Origin: Alphaproteobacteria bacterium
Lineage (GTDB): Bacteria > Patescibacteriota > Minisyncoccia > Phycocordibacterales > JABAAK01
Assembly: GCA_030054135.1 (NCBI GenBank)
Contig: JASGCN010000001.1
Span: 104,663-168,662, forward strand
DNA: 64,000 nucleotides
Direction: 5' to 3'
This document shows, piece after piece, positions 1-9,770 of this stretch (position 1 is the first letter of the stretch; the number at the start of each line of letters is the position of its first letter). Under the pieces are notes generated by a model. The model was not told the DNA's origin and ran no database searches. It saw nothing but the letters and a program-made list of their open reading frames with translations. The position numbers and the translations under genes were made by a program.

Positions 1-43
1 TCTTATACACAGAGGGTTTCTGGTTCGAGTCCAGATGAGTGGA
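1..43 (+). tRNA. 3' fragment of a tRNA (or tmRNA tRNA-like end): T-arm tctgg-TTCGAGT-ccaga plus acceptor 3' strand, truncated by window edge
   Basis: Canonical GGTTCGAGTCC T-loop at 22-32 followed by 7-nt acceptor strand and discriminator A. The 5' half lies outside the window; the anticodon loop would be at 2-8 (cttatac, possibly UAU), which is uncertain. Confidence 0.4.
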
Positions 44-140
44 CAAAGCAAGAAATATCTTTTTGTGCTATACTTTCAATAGCACAGCGCGTTTATTGTT
101 ATTTGATACTTTTGGGTTACTTTAAAGCGAGCAGTGCATA

Positions 141-1517
141 TTGTATATGCCATATAACAAACATACTTCACGCAGATCTCATGGGTCTTCACACGGCGAT
201 TCACGCGGTGGACTTCACACTCGTCATACTCCACAAGAACAATCTCATAGCGCAAAACGAACACAGGTAGTGTATCGATCGGGTAGTGCTGGTATGACAG
301 GAAATTATTACCAACAAAAAATACGCGATCGTCAAGATAGAAATTCTTCATCACATAATTCACACAACAGAGGAGGTGGCAGAGGTGGCGGAAGAAGACC
401 AACAAAGCAACTCAATCCTAATTTGTTTATAAATCGGCACCCTGCAAAAAATGAAACAGAGGACTACACACCAAAACATACATTTGCAGATTTTGAAATA
501 CCAACACAATTGCTTAATAATATTATTGCCAAAGGGTACAGAAAGCCTTCTCCCATTCAAGACAAAGCAATTCCAGTAGGACTTGCGGGGAAAGATATTA
601 TTGGTATTGCATCCACAGGAACTGGAAAAACTGCAGCATTTTTAATTCCTCTTATCGCTTCATTGTTTAAAGATAAAAATAAAAAAATTCTTATTATGTG
701 TCCAACACGAGAACTCGCATTACAAGTTCGTGGAGAATTTTTAGCGCTTGCAACTGCGATGCCATTATATGCAGTGGGTATTGTTGGCGGAGCTCCCATG
801 GAAAGACAAATTGCAGCTCTTCATTCGCCACATCACGCTATTATTGGTACACCAGGACGAATAAAAGATCTTATGATCAGAAGAAAAATTAATATATCTG
901 AATGTAGCGCGGTAGTGCTTGATGAAGCCGATCGTATGCTTGATATGGGATTTATTGCAGACATGAGATTTATTTTAAGCAAATTACCAAAAGAACGACA
1001 AGGATTTTTCTTTTCAGCTACTTTTTCTCCTGAAATACAAAAAATCTGCAGTGAATTTTTAAACTCACCCACTTCTATTGAAATAAAAACAAGAGATACT
1101 GCATCTTCTGTGCTTCAAGATATTCGTAACACACGCAATGACACAGAGCGTATGGAACAACTTCTCGAGCTTCTCGCTGATACTGCACACCCAAAAGTAT
1201 TGGTATTTAGAGAAATGAAACACCGAGCAGATCGTCTTGCTCGTGAATTACAAGATAAAGGAATTAAAGCATACGCGTTACATGGGGATATGAGCAATTC
1301 TCAGCGTATTCGTGCGGTGAATGCTCTCACACAGGGAACAGTACAAGTGGTTGTTGCAACTGATGTTGCTGCGCGCGGGATAGATATTAAAAATATTGAT
1401 CTCGTTATCAATTATGACGAGCCGGGGGATTACGATACATATGTACACCGCATTGGACGAACTGGAAGAGGTGTGACACTTGGAAAAGCAATTACCTTCG
1501 TTACGCCACGAGAATAA
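141..1517 (+). CDS. DEAD-box ATP-dependent RNA helicase with Arg/Gly/His-rich N-terminal extension
   Basis: Q motif (FADFEIP..PSPIQ), Walker A ASTGTGKTAAF, DEAD box VLDEADRMLDMGF, SAT, HRIGRTGR; N-terminal ~110 aa low-complexity RGG/SH-rich region. Confidence 0.9.
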   Translation: MYMPYNKHTSRRSHGSSHGDSRGGLHTRHTPQEQSHSAKRTQVVYRSGSAGMTGNYYQQKIRDRQDRNSSSHNSHNRGGGRGGGRRPTKQLNPNLFINRHPAKNETEDYTPKHTFADFEIPTQLLNNIIAKGYRKPSPIQDKAIPVGLAGKDIIGIASTGTGKTAAFLIPLIASLFKDKNKKILIMCPTRELALQVRGEFLALATAMPLYAVGIVGGAPMERQIAALHSPHHAIIGTPGRIKDLMIRRKINISECSAVVLDEADRMLDMGFIADMRFILSKLPKERQGFFFSATFSPEIQKICSEFLNSPTSIEIKTRDTASSVLQDIRNTRNDTERMEQLLELLADTAHPKVLVFREMKHRADRLARELQDKGIKAYALHGDMSNSQRIRAVNALTQGTVQVVVATDVAARGIDIKNIDLVINYDEPGDYDTYVHRIGRTGRGVTLGKAITFVTPRE

Positions 1518-1545
1518 ATATAAAAGAATTTAGGTTGAACTATCA

Positions 1546-2718
1546 TTAGTATTCAAATGGTACATTGTTTGGAATAAAAAAGTTTTTTTCATCTTGTTGA
1601 TGATGAAATTTAACGTTAGGTTTAATAAGTTCTATTGACGGCAAAAAGTTCATTATTTTTTGTTTTATTATTTCAAATTCATTAGGATCTGGTACTTGAA
1701 TATGAATATTTAAATATTTGGTTCTATCAGTATCATTATTTATACCACAATTTTTAACAATACGGTCTATTATTTTTTGATCTACATCTTTATTTGAAAA
1801 AGGAAACGAATATCCTATAACAATTAAATCGCTATATCTAATATTAGCATTTTTTGTATCAATCCAGGTATTTATTTCTTCCAATCCATCTGGTTCCCAT
1901 GTAAATCGTATAGAAGATCTTTCCCTTTTTCCAATCTCATACATGATTTTTTCAGTAAACAGCTTTCCATCATTAGCTTCACCGTTTATTTTTATTTCTC
2001 TTAAATTCACATCATCTAATTTCAATTCTTCTTTTGTTAATTTAAATTGACTATCATAATTCCAATTCAATATGTCAATATTTGAAGGGAACATTTTTTT
2101 GCTGTTTAGTATATCAGCCAAAAAATTTTCATATCTCAAATCCAATTTCTTTTTTCCTTTTGTGTGTATGCGACACAAATATTTAAAAAGCTCTCTGTCC
2201 TTTTTTGTTAATTCAAAAAACCGATTCCACCTTTCTTTCTTAGTGGGGTATTCGATGGATAAACTATCCTGTAGGTTTTTAATTCTTATATTAAACAAAT
2301 TCCAATAGCCATCTGTGTTTTCAAAAACAAAGTCGTCTCTTAATCCTAAATTATTAATAATATCTTTTAAAATGTCGCTATCAGTTTCGCTTTGTTCAAA
2401 TAGTATGAGCACTTCAAATATTTTTGATGTCAAGTTGTAGTTAGGGTTTTCAACATTACCATTTTTTAAAAAATCTATTTTTTGAACAGTATCAAATGAT
2501 CTTTTGAAATATAATCTATCTATTAGGATAAGTGTGCTTTCAAGAAATTCCCCACTTCTATTTATAGTCGTATTGGGCTCTGTTCTAATGGTGTATATAT
2601 ATTCAGCAGATATATAAAGAAAAAAAAGTAAAAATCTATTTCTTATTTCATCTACAATAGGTAAAGCTCCTATACTCGCGCCAGCACCTAATAAATACAC
2701 TATGTTTTTCTCTGCCAT
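1546..2718 (-). CDS. SIR2-like (SIR2_2-type) domain protein, function unknown; candidate NAD-consuming defense effector
   Basis: N-terminal IVYLLGAGASIGALP (SIR2_2-type Rossmann start) and C-terminal LIVIGYSFPFSNKD motif; very AT-rich Asn/Lys/Ile-rich composition; 36 bp downstream of recG on same strand. Confidence 0.5.
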   Translation of the reverse strand: MAEKNIVYLLGAGASIGALPIVDEIRNRFLLFFLYISAEYIYTIRTEPNTTINRSGEFLESTLILIDRLYFKRSFDTVQKIDFLKNGNVENPNYNLTSKIFEVLILFEQSETDSDILKDIINNLGLRDDFVFENTDGYWNLFNIRIKNLQDSLSIEYPTKKERWNRFFELTKKDRELFKYLCRIHTKGKKKLDLRYENFLADILNSKKMFPSNIDILNWNYDSQFKLTKEELKLDDVNLREIKINGEANDGKLFTEKIMYEIGKRERSSIRFTWEPDGLEEINTWIDTKNANIRYSDLIVIGYSFPFSNKDVDQKIIDRIVKNCGINNDTDRTKYLNIHIQVPDPNEFEIIKQKIMNFLPSIELIKPNVKFHHQQDEKNFFIPNNVPFEY

Positions 2719-2754
2719 AATATGCAGTATAGGTATTTTTACTTTTTATTGCAA

Positions 2755-4881
2755 TTATTCCTCCATTAATACGGAGCGTCTTTGTAATTCTTTTTCAGTT
2801 GCTTGAGGCAGGGGAGATGAAAGAGTTTTTTCAGCATACCCTTGAGCATATTCAACAAGTTTAATATTTTTCATTGCCTCCATTGCAAGATCGGGAAGTC
2901 CTGACTGTACATTTCCTGCGTAGTGTCCTGCGCCACGCATATTAAAATCTTCTTGTGCGAGATCAAATCCATTATGGTTTTTTTCAAAAATGCTAAGTCT
3001 TTTTTGAGTTAATTCGTTTTGAGAATCAGTTATTGCAAAACAGTATGGTTGATGTGTTGAACGGATGACGCGTCCGCGTAGTTGATGTAATTGCGAAAGC
3101 CCAAACCTATCACTGTGCAGTATGATAATACTGGTAGCATTAGGAACATTTACACCAACTTCAACAACGGTAGTGGATACTAGTATGTGTATCTTGCCAG
3201 CACGAAATTTTTCAAGCACTTCATCTTTATCTGTTTTTTTAAGTTTGCTATGCAGTGAGCCAATGACTACATCAGGGAACACACTTTTTTTAAGATAGGC
3301 CGCTTCTTCATCAACACTTCTTAATTTTAATTCAGTATCTTCATCTGTATGTTCACTAATACGCGGGCATATAATGTACGCTTGGCGTCCTGATGTTATT
3401 TCTTTACGAATGTGTTCGTATGCGAGAGCTATTTCTTTTTGTGTAAGCACTTTTGTGTGTACTGGTTTTCTTCCTTTTGGCATTTCATCTAGGATAGAAA
3501 TATCCATATCCCCAAACATGGTAAGCGCTAATGTACGAGGAATTGGGGTAGCAGTCATTGAAAGCATATGGGGGATATGTTTATGCTCAGTGAGTAATTT
3601 TTGTCTTTGGGCTACACCAAATCGGTGTTGTTCATCAACAATAGCAAGAGCTAAATGTTTGAATACGACATTTTTTTGCACCAAGGCATGAGTACCAACA
3701 ACCACATTAATAGTGCCGTCTTTCAACCACTCAAGCATTTTCTTTTTTGATATGTTTGCAGATACTTCAGCATATACTTTTGACGGATATTTTAAACATT
3801 CTTTGCTTGTGAGAAGAGCAATAGATATAGGTAAATGATTAAATAGAGAAAGTAATGTTTCGTACTGTTGTCGAGCAAGTATTTCAGTTGGTGCAAGATA
3901 TGCAATTTGAAATCGAGGATATTCAGAATGCTCCCAGACTTGTGTGAGTATTGCATAGATCACAGCTCCCGCAACAGCGGTTTTTCCACTTCCTACATCA
4001 CCTTCAAGAAGGCGTGCCATGGGGGTTTGTTTATTGAGATCGGCTATTATTTCTGTGATGACAGTACGCTGCGCTTGTGTTGGAATAAATTCAAATCGCT
4101 CGTTCATAAATGTATCAATATGTTTTTTGTTAATTGATATAGGAAATGTTTTTGTAAGAGATCGTTCGCGTTTTTCTTTTTTTTGTATAAGCTGTAAAAA
4201 ATATATTTCTTCAAAAATAAATCTTTTTTTAGCTCGTTCATAGGCGTCCACAGTTTTGGGCATGTGTATGCCACGCATAGCATCATACCAATCAGGCAAA
4301 TGCAGTTCTTTTTTTATATATTCTGGAATTGGGTCAGGAGTTTCTTTTATGTCTTGATCGAGAAGAATTTTTTTAATCCGTTCTCGTATAAAAAGTGAAG
4401 ATATTCCATATGTTTCTTTATACCAACACAAAAGTGTTTCATTGGGTGAAGAAAATGATACTGGTGTTTTATTTTCTTCTATAACTGGATTTGTCATATA
4501 CAGTCCTTTATTTGTATCTGATACAGTACCAATTAAAGTAACAGCCATACCACTTTCATATTGTTTTGCAATATAAGGTTGGTGAAACCAAATGGCAGTG
4601 AGCGTCCTGCGTCCTGTTTGTTGTGGGATTTCAATTTTTGCTTCTGTGAGCATAACTCTTTTTGCTCCCATACCTCTGCGCATACGAATACTTTTAATAA
4701 CACCAGAGTAGGTACCTTCTTTTTTTGGAGATTGAGTATCAGACAATTCATGAGTAGTAATACTTTTCGGCACATAGTATAGCAAGTCTCGAACTGTCGT
4801 AATGCCTATGCGTTCAAGAGCATCTCGTTTGTCTTTCGTAATGTGTTCAAGTGTTTTATATAGAGAAGATAAAGATGCCAT
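2755..4881 (-). CDS. recG: ATP-dependent DNA helicase RecG
   Basis: 708 aa; wedge domain then SF2 helicase motifs GDVGSGKTAVAG, DEQHRFGV, TATPIPRTL; typical RecG length. Confidence 0.9.
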   Translation of the reverse strand: MASLSSLYKTLEHITKDKRDALERIGITTVRDLLYYVPKSITTHELSDTQSPKKEGTYSGVIKSIRMRRGMGAKRVMLTEAKIEIPQQTGRRTLTAIWFHQPYIAKQYESGMAVTLIGTVSDTNKGLYMTNPVIEENKTPVSFSSPNETLLCWYKETYGISSLFIRERIKKILLDQDIKETPDPIPEYIKKELHLPDWYDAMRGIHMPKTVDAYERAKKRFIFEEIYFLQLIQKKEKRERSLTKTFPISINKKHIDTFMNERFEFIPTQAQRTVITEIIADLNKQTPMARLLEGDVGSGKTAVAGAVIYAILTQVWEHSEYPRFQIAYLAPTEILARQQYETLLSLFNHLPISIALLTSKECLKYPSKVYAEVSANISKKKMLEWLKDGTINVVVGTHALVQKNVVFKHLALAIVDEQHRFGVAQRQKLLTEHKHIPHMLSMTATPIPRTLALTMFGDMDISILDEMPKGRKPVHTKVLTQKEIALAYEHIRKEITSGRQAYIICPRISEHTDEDTELKLRSVDEEAAYLKKSVFPDVVIGSLHSKLKKTDKDEVLEKFRAGKIHILVSTTVVEVGVNVPNATSIIILHSDRFGLSQLHQLRGRVIRSTHQPYCFAITDSQNELTQKRLSIFEKNHNGFDLAQEDFNMRGAGHYAGNVQSGLPDLAMEAMKNIKLVEYAQGYAEKTLSSPLPQATEKELQRRSVLMEE

Positions 4882-4950
4882 AGCGTATACTTAAGTATAC
4901 GATCTGTATAAAAAGATTCAGCAATACGATTTTCTCTATCAAAAAAATAT

Positions 4951-5343
4951 ATGATATATTTAGGCATCGACATGGGGAGTAAAAATGTTGGCGTTGCGCG
5001 TACCGATGAAGGAGGTCTTATTGCATTTCCAGAATGTGTCGTAGAGCGTTTTGGCTGTGAAGAAAAAATAGTAGCTCTTGCAAAAAAATATAAAGTAGCA
5101 CACATCATTATTGGTGAATCAAAAAATAATCTTATGCAAGACAATCCCATCATGACTGATATACGAGCGTTTGCTTTGTTTTTGGAAAAAGAAGGGTTTA
5201 CTGTAATTCTTGTTCCAGAATTTTTTACTTCAATTGAAGCAGCTCGATTAGGAAAAGGAACAGACGATGAAGCGGCGGCAATTATTTTACAAAGCTATAT
5301 TGACGCAAAACGCGTGGCGTCACATGAAGGTAATGATTTTTAG
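4951..5343 (+). CDS. ruvX: Holliday junction resolvase-like RuvX/YqgF
   Basis: N-terminus MIYLGIDMGSKNVGVARTDE matches the YqgF/RuvX RNase H-like fold signature; ~130 aa. Confidence 0.85.
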   Translation: MIYLGIDMGSKNVGVARTDEGGLIAFPECVVERFGCEEKIVALAKKYKVAHIIIGESKNNLMQDNPIMTDIRAFALFLEKEGFTVILVPEFFTSIEAARLGKGTDDEAAAIILQSYIDAKRVASHEGNDF

Positions 5344-5379
5344 TGGTGAAATGTATCTCATTTTGCTACTCTATGGTAT

Positions 5380-6525
5380 ATGGAAAATATAAAACATACA
5401 TGTATACAGTTTTTGAAAAAATTTATTTCTACAGAAAGAAAAGATGAGCCACTCCTTGAAATTCGCCTCAATAAAAAAAATATATTTCATAATATATCAG
5501 TCCTGAAACACCACGCTCCATTATGGCGCATTGCTCCAGTCGTTAAATCAAATGCGTACGGGCACGGCATTGTGCCAATTGTTACGATGCTGGAAGAACA
5601 TACAGAAGTTGCGTTTGTGTGTGTTGATTCATATTTGGAAGTGCGCAAATTACGAGATGCAGATATTCAAATTCCTATTTTAGTATTGGGCCCAGCAACC
5701 CCTACCACCATTTTTTCTTGTGTATACAAAAAAGTTGCATTCACCATATCTACGTTTAAAGATTTGCAAGCACTTGTTGATGCAAAATCTCAAATACATA
5801 TTCATATTGAATTTGATACTGGCATGCACAGACGAGGATTTCATACCGATGAACTTGAACAGGTGGTAATGCTTTTAGAAAAGAGCTCACTTGTGGTGGA
5901 AGGAATTTTTTCTCATTTTGTGTGTTCAGAAAAAAATAACACAATAACTAAAAAACAAATTCGTGATTGGAATGAATTGCTTCTTGCATGGGAACAAAGA
6001 CGATCACTTCCAAAATATTATCATATAGCAAATTCGTATGGATTTTTATATGCAGATACCATTAGAGCAAATGTTGGAAGAGCAGGGCTTGCATTATATG
6101 GACTTACTCAAAAACCTCTTATCACCACAGCGGTGTTTTCTTTTTTTACTAAGGTAGTCCAAATTCAATCTGTGCGTAAGGGAGAATACATTGGATACGG
6201 CCCACAATTTAAAGCAACCAAAACTATGCAAGTGGCAACAATTCCTGTTGGATACTATGAAGGACTTGACAGACGACTATTTAAAAAAGGTGTAGTGTAT
6301 ATTCATGGACATAAGTGCCAATTACTGGGGATTATGAGCATGAATTTAGCTGTGTGTGATGTCTCATCTATAGAGTGTACCATTGGAGATCCTGTAGAAA
6401 TTGTATCCCCATTGTCTGCAAAAGAAAATAGTATTATATCTATGGCGCGTATAAGTAAAACAATTCCTTATGATATCGTGACACATTTTAATCAAGACAT
6501 AAAACGAGTTGTTGTTGATTTTTAA
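5380..6525 (+). CDS. alr: alanine racemase
   Basis: PLP-lysine motif VVKSNAYGHGI; 381 aa; C-terminal beta domain. Confidence 0.85.
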   Translation: MENIKHTCIQFLKKFISTERKDEPLLEIRLNKKNIFHNISVLKHHAPLWRIAPVVKSNAYGHGIVPIVTMLEEHTEVAFVCVDSYLEVRKLRDADIQIPILVLGPATPTTIFSCVYKKVAFTISTFKDLQALVDAKSQIHIHIEFDTGMHRRGFHTDELEQVVMLLEKSSLVVEGIFSHFVCSEKNNTITKKQIRDWNELLLAWEQRRSLPKYYHIANSYGFLYADTIRANVGRAGLALYGLTQKPLITTAVFSFFTKVVQIQSVRKGEYIGYGPQFKATKTMQVATIPVGYYEGLDRRLFKKGVVYIHGHKCQLLGIMSMNLAVCDVSSIECTIGDPVEIVSPLSAKENSIISMARISKTIPYDIVTHFNQDIKRVVVDF

Positions 6526-6563
6526 TATATTTCTACAGATACAAGTCAGGGTAGACTATATAT

Positions 6564-7442
6564 ATGTCTGAACATATGTATGAAAAACCACTAGACCCAT
6601 TTTTTAGTAGCTTAGATAGTTATTATTACTCGGATGGGAAAAAAGATTTAATTGAAAAAGGTCATTTTTCGATATGGCCCGGTGTTGAACTGTGCACCGT
6701 TGCACTTGAAATAGTTAACGGGAAAGGGCTCGTTGATCGAATTGACAGTATTTTGTTTTGTCCAGGGTCTGGTTTTTTAGAAACAAGTAAAGAGACATCT
6801 GTATTTGTTAATGAAAACGAATGTAGTGTTTCATTTACACAGGGAAAGGTACAAGCAAATGTCAAGATCAATACTCCGCAAGAAGATGTGCGTAAAGAAA
6901 TTACCATGAATGAAGAAAATAAAATGTTCACAAAAGGAAACTCCACAACACTTCCACACAAAGAAGAATATAATTTTGTCCAACCAAAAAACCAAGGAGT
7001 ATTGTTTTTACCACATGAATCGGGTTCTTGTGTGGGTGCATTTTCTCTTGATTTAAAAAAAATAAATTCTTTGAATCCATTTTTCAAAGAAGAAAAATTA
7101 ATTGTTACACGATTAGCAGAAGTAGTGATGCAAAACATTGCTGGGCATCTCGAGCAATTTAATACATATGTTCCTTTGGTTGATACACTGTTATTTGATT
7201 TACATAGTAGAAATGCTGAGATATATATACCAGCAGAAGCGCTCATACATGTTTTTTATAATACAAAAATAGAAATAGATACAAAAAATGAAAAAAGAAG
7301 GAAAGCAGATCTGTATGTGTATATTGAAGTTATGGATAAAAATAAAAAGGATTCAATGATATATGATATGCATGTTAAAGTTAATTTATTAAAGAGAGAA
7401 TTTTTTGATAAATGGCGTGGTGGCAAAAATAAATCAAAATAA
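6564..7442 (+). CDS. hypothetical cytoplasmic protein
   Basis: 292-aa ORF, no recognisable motifs. Confidence 0.45.
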   Translation: MSEHMYEKPLDPFFSSLDSYYYSDGKKDLIEKGHFSIWPGVELCTVALEIVNGKGLVDRIDSILFCPGSGFLETSKETSVFVNENECSVSFTQGKVQANVKINTPQEDVRKEITMNEENKMFTKGNSTTLPHKEEYNFVQPKNQGVLFLPHESGSCVGAFSLDLKKINSLNPFFKEEKLIVTRLAEVVMQNIAGHLEQFNTYVPLVDTLLFDLHSRNAEIYIPAEALIHVFYNTKIEIDTKNEKRRKADLYVYIEVMDKNKKDSMIYDMHVKVNLLKREFFDKWRGGKNKSK

Positions 7443-7445
7443 TTA

Positions 7446-7730
7446 TTATCCAAAAATTTTTCTAAATCCTTCAGCAATGTCTTCATAATTACCAAGCCAG
7501 TATAGAAATAGTCCAAATATTGCACCAAAAACGTTTATCAAAATAACCCATGTCTGTATATTATTTAAACGGATTTCATTGTTTGATATTAATTTTTTAA
7601 CTCCATCAACAATTTTTGCATGTGTTTCATCATTATCTTGGATGCCTTTAATAACACGTTTGAGAGAATCTTCATTTTGTGTAATTTTTTTCTCTATGGT
7701 GTCAATTTTTTTCTCTAATTCTTTTGTCAT
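7446..7730 (-). CDS. hypothetical small membrane protein (coiled-coil N-terminus, C-terminal TM helix)
   Basis: 94-aa ORF convergent with upstream gene; TM segment WVILINVFGAIFGLFLYWL. Confidence 0.4.
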   Translation of the reverse strand: MTKELEKKIDTIEKKITQNEDSLKRVIKGIQDNDETHAKIVDGVKKLISNNEIRLNNIQTWVILINVFGAIFGLFLYWLGNYEDIAEGFRKIFG

Positions 7731-7786
7731 ATATGTAATATATATTCATTATAATGAGATGGTATATATGGTTGTGTATAAGTTTT

Positions 7787-8476
7787 TTATTTTTTTGTAG
7801 GAAACAAATCAGAAATCTTGAACCGAATGAAATGTCCTTCTGGTATATATTGCAATGTGAGTAATCCTATGCGTATTCGGTGAATGTGGGTAACTGTGTA
7901 TCCATACGCTTGAACCATTCTTTTTATTTGTCTATTTTTTCCTTCAGTAAGAATAATAGAAAAAGAGTGTGCATCAATACGGGTGGCATGGCACGTTTTT
8001 GTTATTTCTGTATATCTTTGTGCATGCATGTATACTCCATCTTCTAAAAATTGTAAAAAAGTATCTGTTACTTGTTCTTGAATAGTAACAATGTATTCTT
8101 TTTCAATATGTGTGTTGGCCCCTATAATTTTTTTTGTGAGTGTACGGTCGTTGGTCATGATAATAAGTCCGGTTGAGTTTTTGTCTAATCTTCCAATTGG
8201 AAATACTTTTCTGGGAAATGTAGTGTGTGTAGTAATTTCAATTTCTTTATATTGTGGAGCAGTGGTAACAATGCCTGCTGGTTTATGGTATGCGTAATAC
8301 ACTTTACTATTTTTCTTTTCAGGGATAGTCACCGTGTCTATGGCAGGGTCAATCAATTGCCCAATGCATGCAGGGGAGCCATTTACTAGTACCAATTGAT
8401 CGCGTATGTATTCATCAGCTTCTCGTCTACTGGTAATACCTTGTTCTGATAAATATTTATTAATTCTAATTTTCAT
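7787..8476 (-). CDS. rRNA pseudouridine synthase, RsuA/RluB family
   Basis: S4 domain MKIRINKYLSEQGITSRREADEYI plus catalytic GRLDKNSTGLIIMTND motif. Confidence 0.8.
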   Translation of the reverse strand: MKIRINKYLSEQGITSRREADEYIRDQLVLVNGSPACIGQLIDPAIDTVTIPEKKNSKVYYAYHKPAGIVTTAPQYKEIEITTHTTFPRKVFPIGRLDKNSTGLIIMTNDRTLTKKIIGANTHIEKEYIVTIQEQVTDTFLQFLEDGVYMHAQRYTEITKTCHATRIDAHSFSIILTEGKNRQIKRMVQAYGYTVTHIHRIRIGLLTLQYIPEGHFIRFKISDLFPTKK

Positions 8477-8520
8477 AAAATACTATTTAAGTATAATGTA
8501 TTTTCATACTATACTGGAGT

Positions 8521-9048
8521 ATGTTGCCGTTTACAAAATTCATTATATTCATCGTAGTGCTATCGTTAATCGGTATTTTTTCTGTTGCATTTGTACGAAA
8601 CGAACGGCCTCAAAGACAAATTCAACCAAGAGCTACCTTTGTTCCTCCTACATACACTCCACCAACATTTACATCACCTCGATACACACCGCCCTCGTAT
8701 TCATCACCTGGATTCTCCCCTCAACCATTTACTGCACAAGGATTTACCCCTTCACAATTTAAATCACAAACGTATTCCCCCCCACTGTATACACCTCCAA
8801 AATATATTGCCCCTACATATTCTTCTCCTATATATACGCCAACGTATTACAATCCAACTATTTATACTCCGGTTACATATACCCCACCACAAAAATATGC
8901 AATATTTGAATTTTTTAGATTCAACACAACTTCAACACCTACCGTCATCACTCCCATCTCAAAATCAATTCCTACTCCTGTCATAGTTACACCACCACCA
9001 CCTGCAAAATCTTGTAGCGCATGTAGTCCAAATGCTAAAAGAATATAA
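8521..9048 (+). CDS. membrane-anchored Tyr/Pro/Thr-rich repeat protein (YxPP repeats)
   Basis: N-terminal TM helix then ~25 imperfect tandem repeats of xx(Y/F)(T/S)PP; low complexity; alternative-frame ORF 8585..8986 is a repeat artefact. Confidence 0.5.
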   Translation: MLPFTKFIIFIVVLSLIGIFSVAFVRNERPQRQIQPRATFVPPTYTPPTFTSPRYTPPSYSSPGFSPQPFTAQGFTPSQFKSQTYSPPLYTPPKYIAPTYSSPIYTPTYYNPTIYTPVTYTPPQKYAIFEFFRFNTTSTPTVITPISKSIPTPVIVTPPPPAKSCSACSPNAKRI

Positions 9049-9065
9049 ATAAAGTATAATCATGT

Positions 9066-9746
9066 ATGAAAGAAAATGATATACATGCAAATCTAATTAA
9101 TGCTCTTAATTGGCGTTATGCTGTACAAGTGTTTGACGAAAAAAAGAAAATATCTGACAGTGATATAAAAACTATTCTTGAAGCGGGAAGACTGGCTCCT
9201 TCTTCATTTGGACTTCAGCCTTGGAAATTTATTGTGATTACTGATATTGCACTTCGTAAAAAATTAGTTCCTATCTGTTTCAATCAAGAAAAAATAACAA
9301 CCTGTTCTCATGTAATTGCGCTTGCATACAAAAAAAATATTACACAAAAAGATATCGATGCATATATTTCCGATATGGCACATACAAGAAATATTTCCAA
9401 AGATTCTCTTGAAGGGTTTAAAAATGCAATCAAGCAGGCTGTGCATATTAAAAAATTGTCATCACTTAATCCATTTCGTGGTGCAGGGGGTATGCAGGCA
9501 TGGAATGCAAGACAAACATATATTCCTTTAGGAATGATGATTGCAAGTGCATCTCTTTTGAAAATTGATTCAGCTCCTATGGAAGGATTTGTTGCTCCAT
9601 TGGTAAATCATTGCATCGGAATAGACAATGAATACACTGTGTGTACGCTTTTAGCACTTGGGTACAGAAGTGAAAACGACCCGTATGCCACACTCAAAAA
9701 ATCACGGTTCAGCGCATCTAGCATTATTGAATGGCGCAAAGGATAA
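9066..9746 (+). CDS. nitroreductase family protein (NfsB-like)
   Basis: N-terminal LNWRYAVQVFD...ILEAGRLAPSSFGLQPWKFIVI matches nitroreductase fold signature. Confidence 0.8.
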   Translation: MKENDIHANLINALNWRYAVQVFDEKKKISDSDIKTILEAGRLAPSSFGLQPWKFIVITDIALRKKLVPICFNQEKITTCSHVIALAYKKNITQKDIDAYISDMAHTRNISKDSLEGFKNAIKQAVHIKKLSSLNPFRGAGGMQAWNARQTYIPLGMMIASASLLKIDSAPMEGFVAPLVNHCIGIDNEYTVCTLLALGYRSENDPYATLKKSRFSASSIIEWRKG

Positions 9747-9770
9747 TATATATTCATATATACTTATAAT

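Noticed and set aside
8585-8986. 133-aa His/Leu/Pro-rich ORF overlapping the Tyr/Pro repeat gene in another frame
   Set aside because: Produced by the nucleotide periodicity of the repeat gene. Low-complexity translation, no start context, fully embedded in a better-supported ORF.
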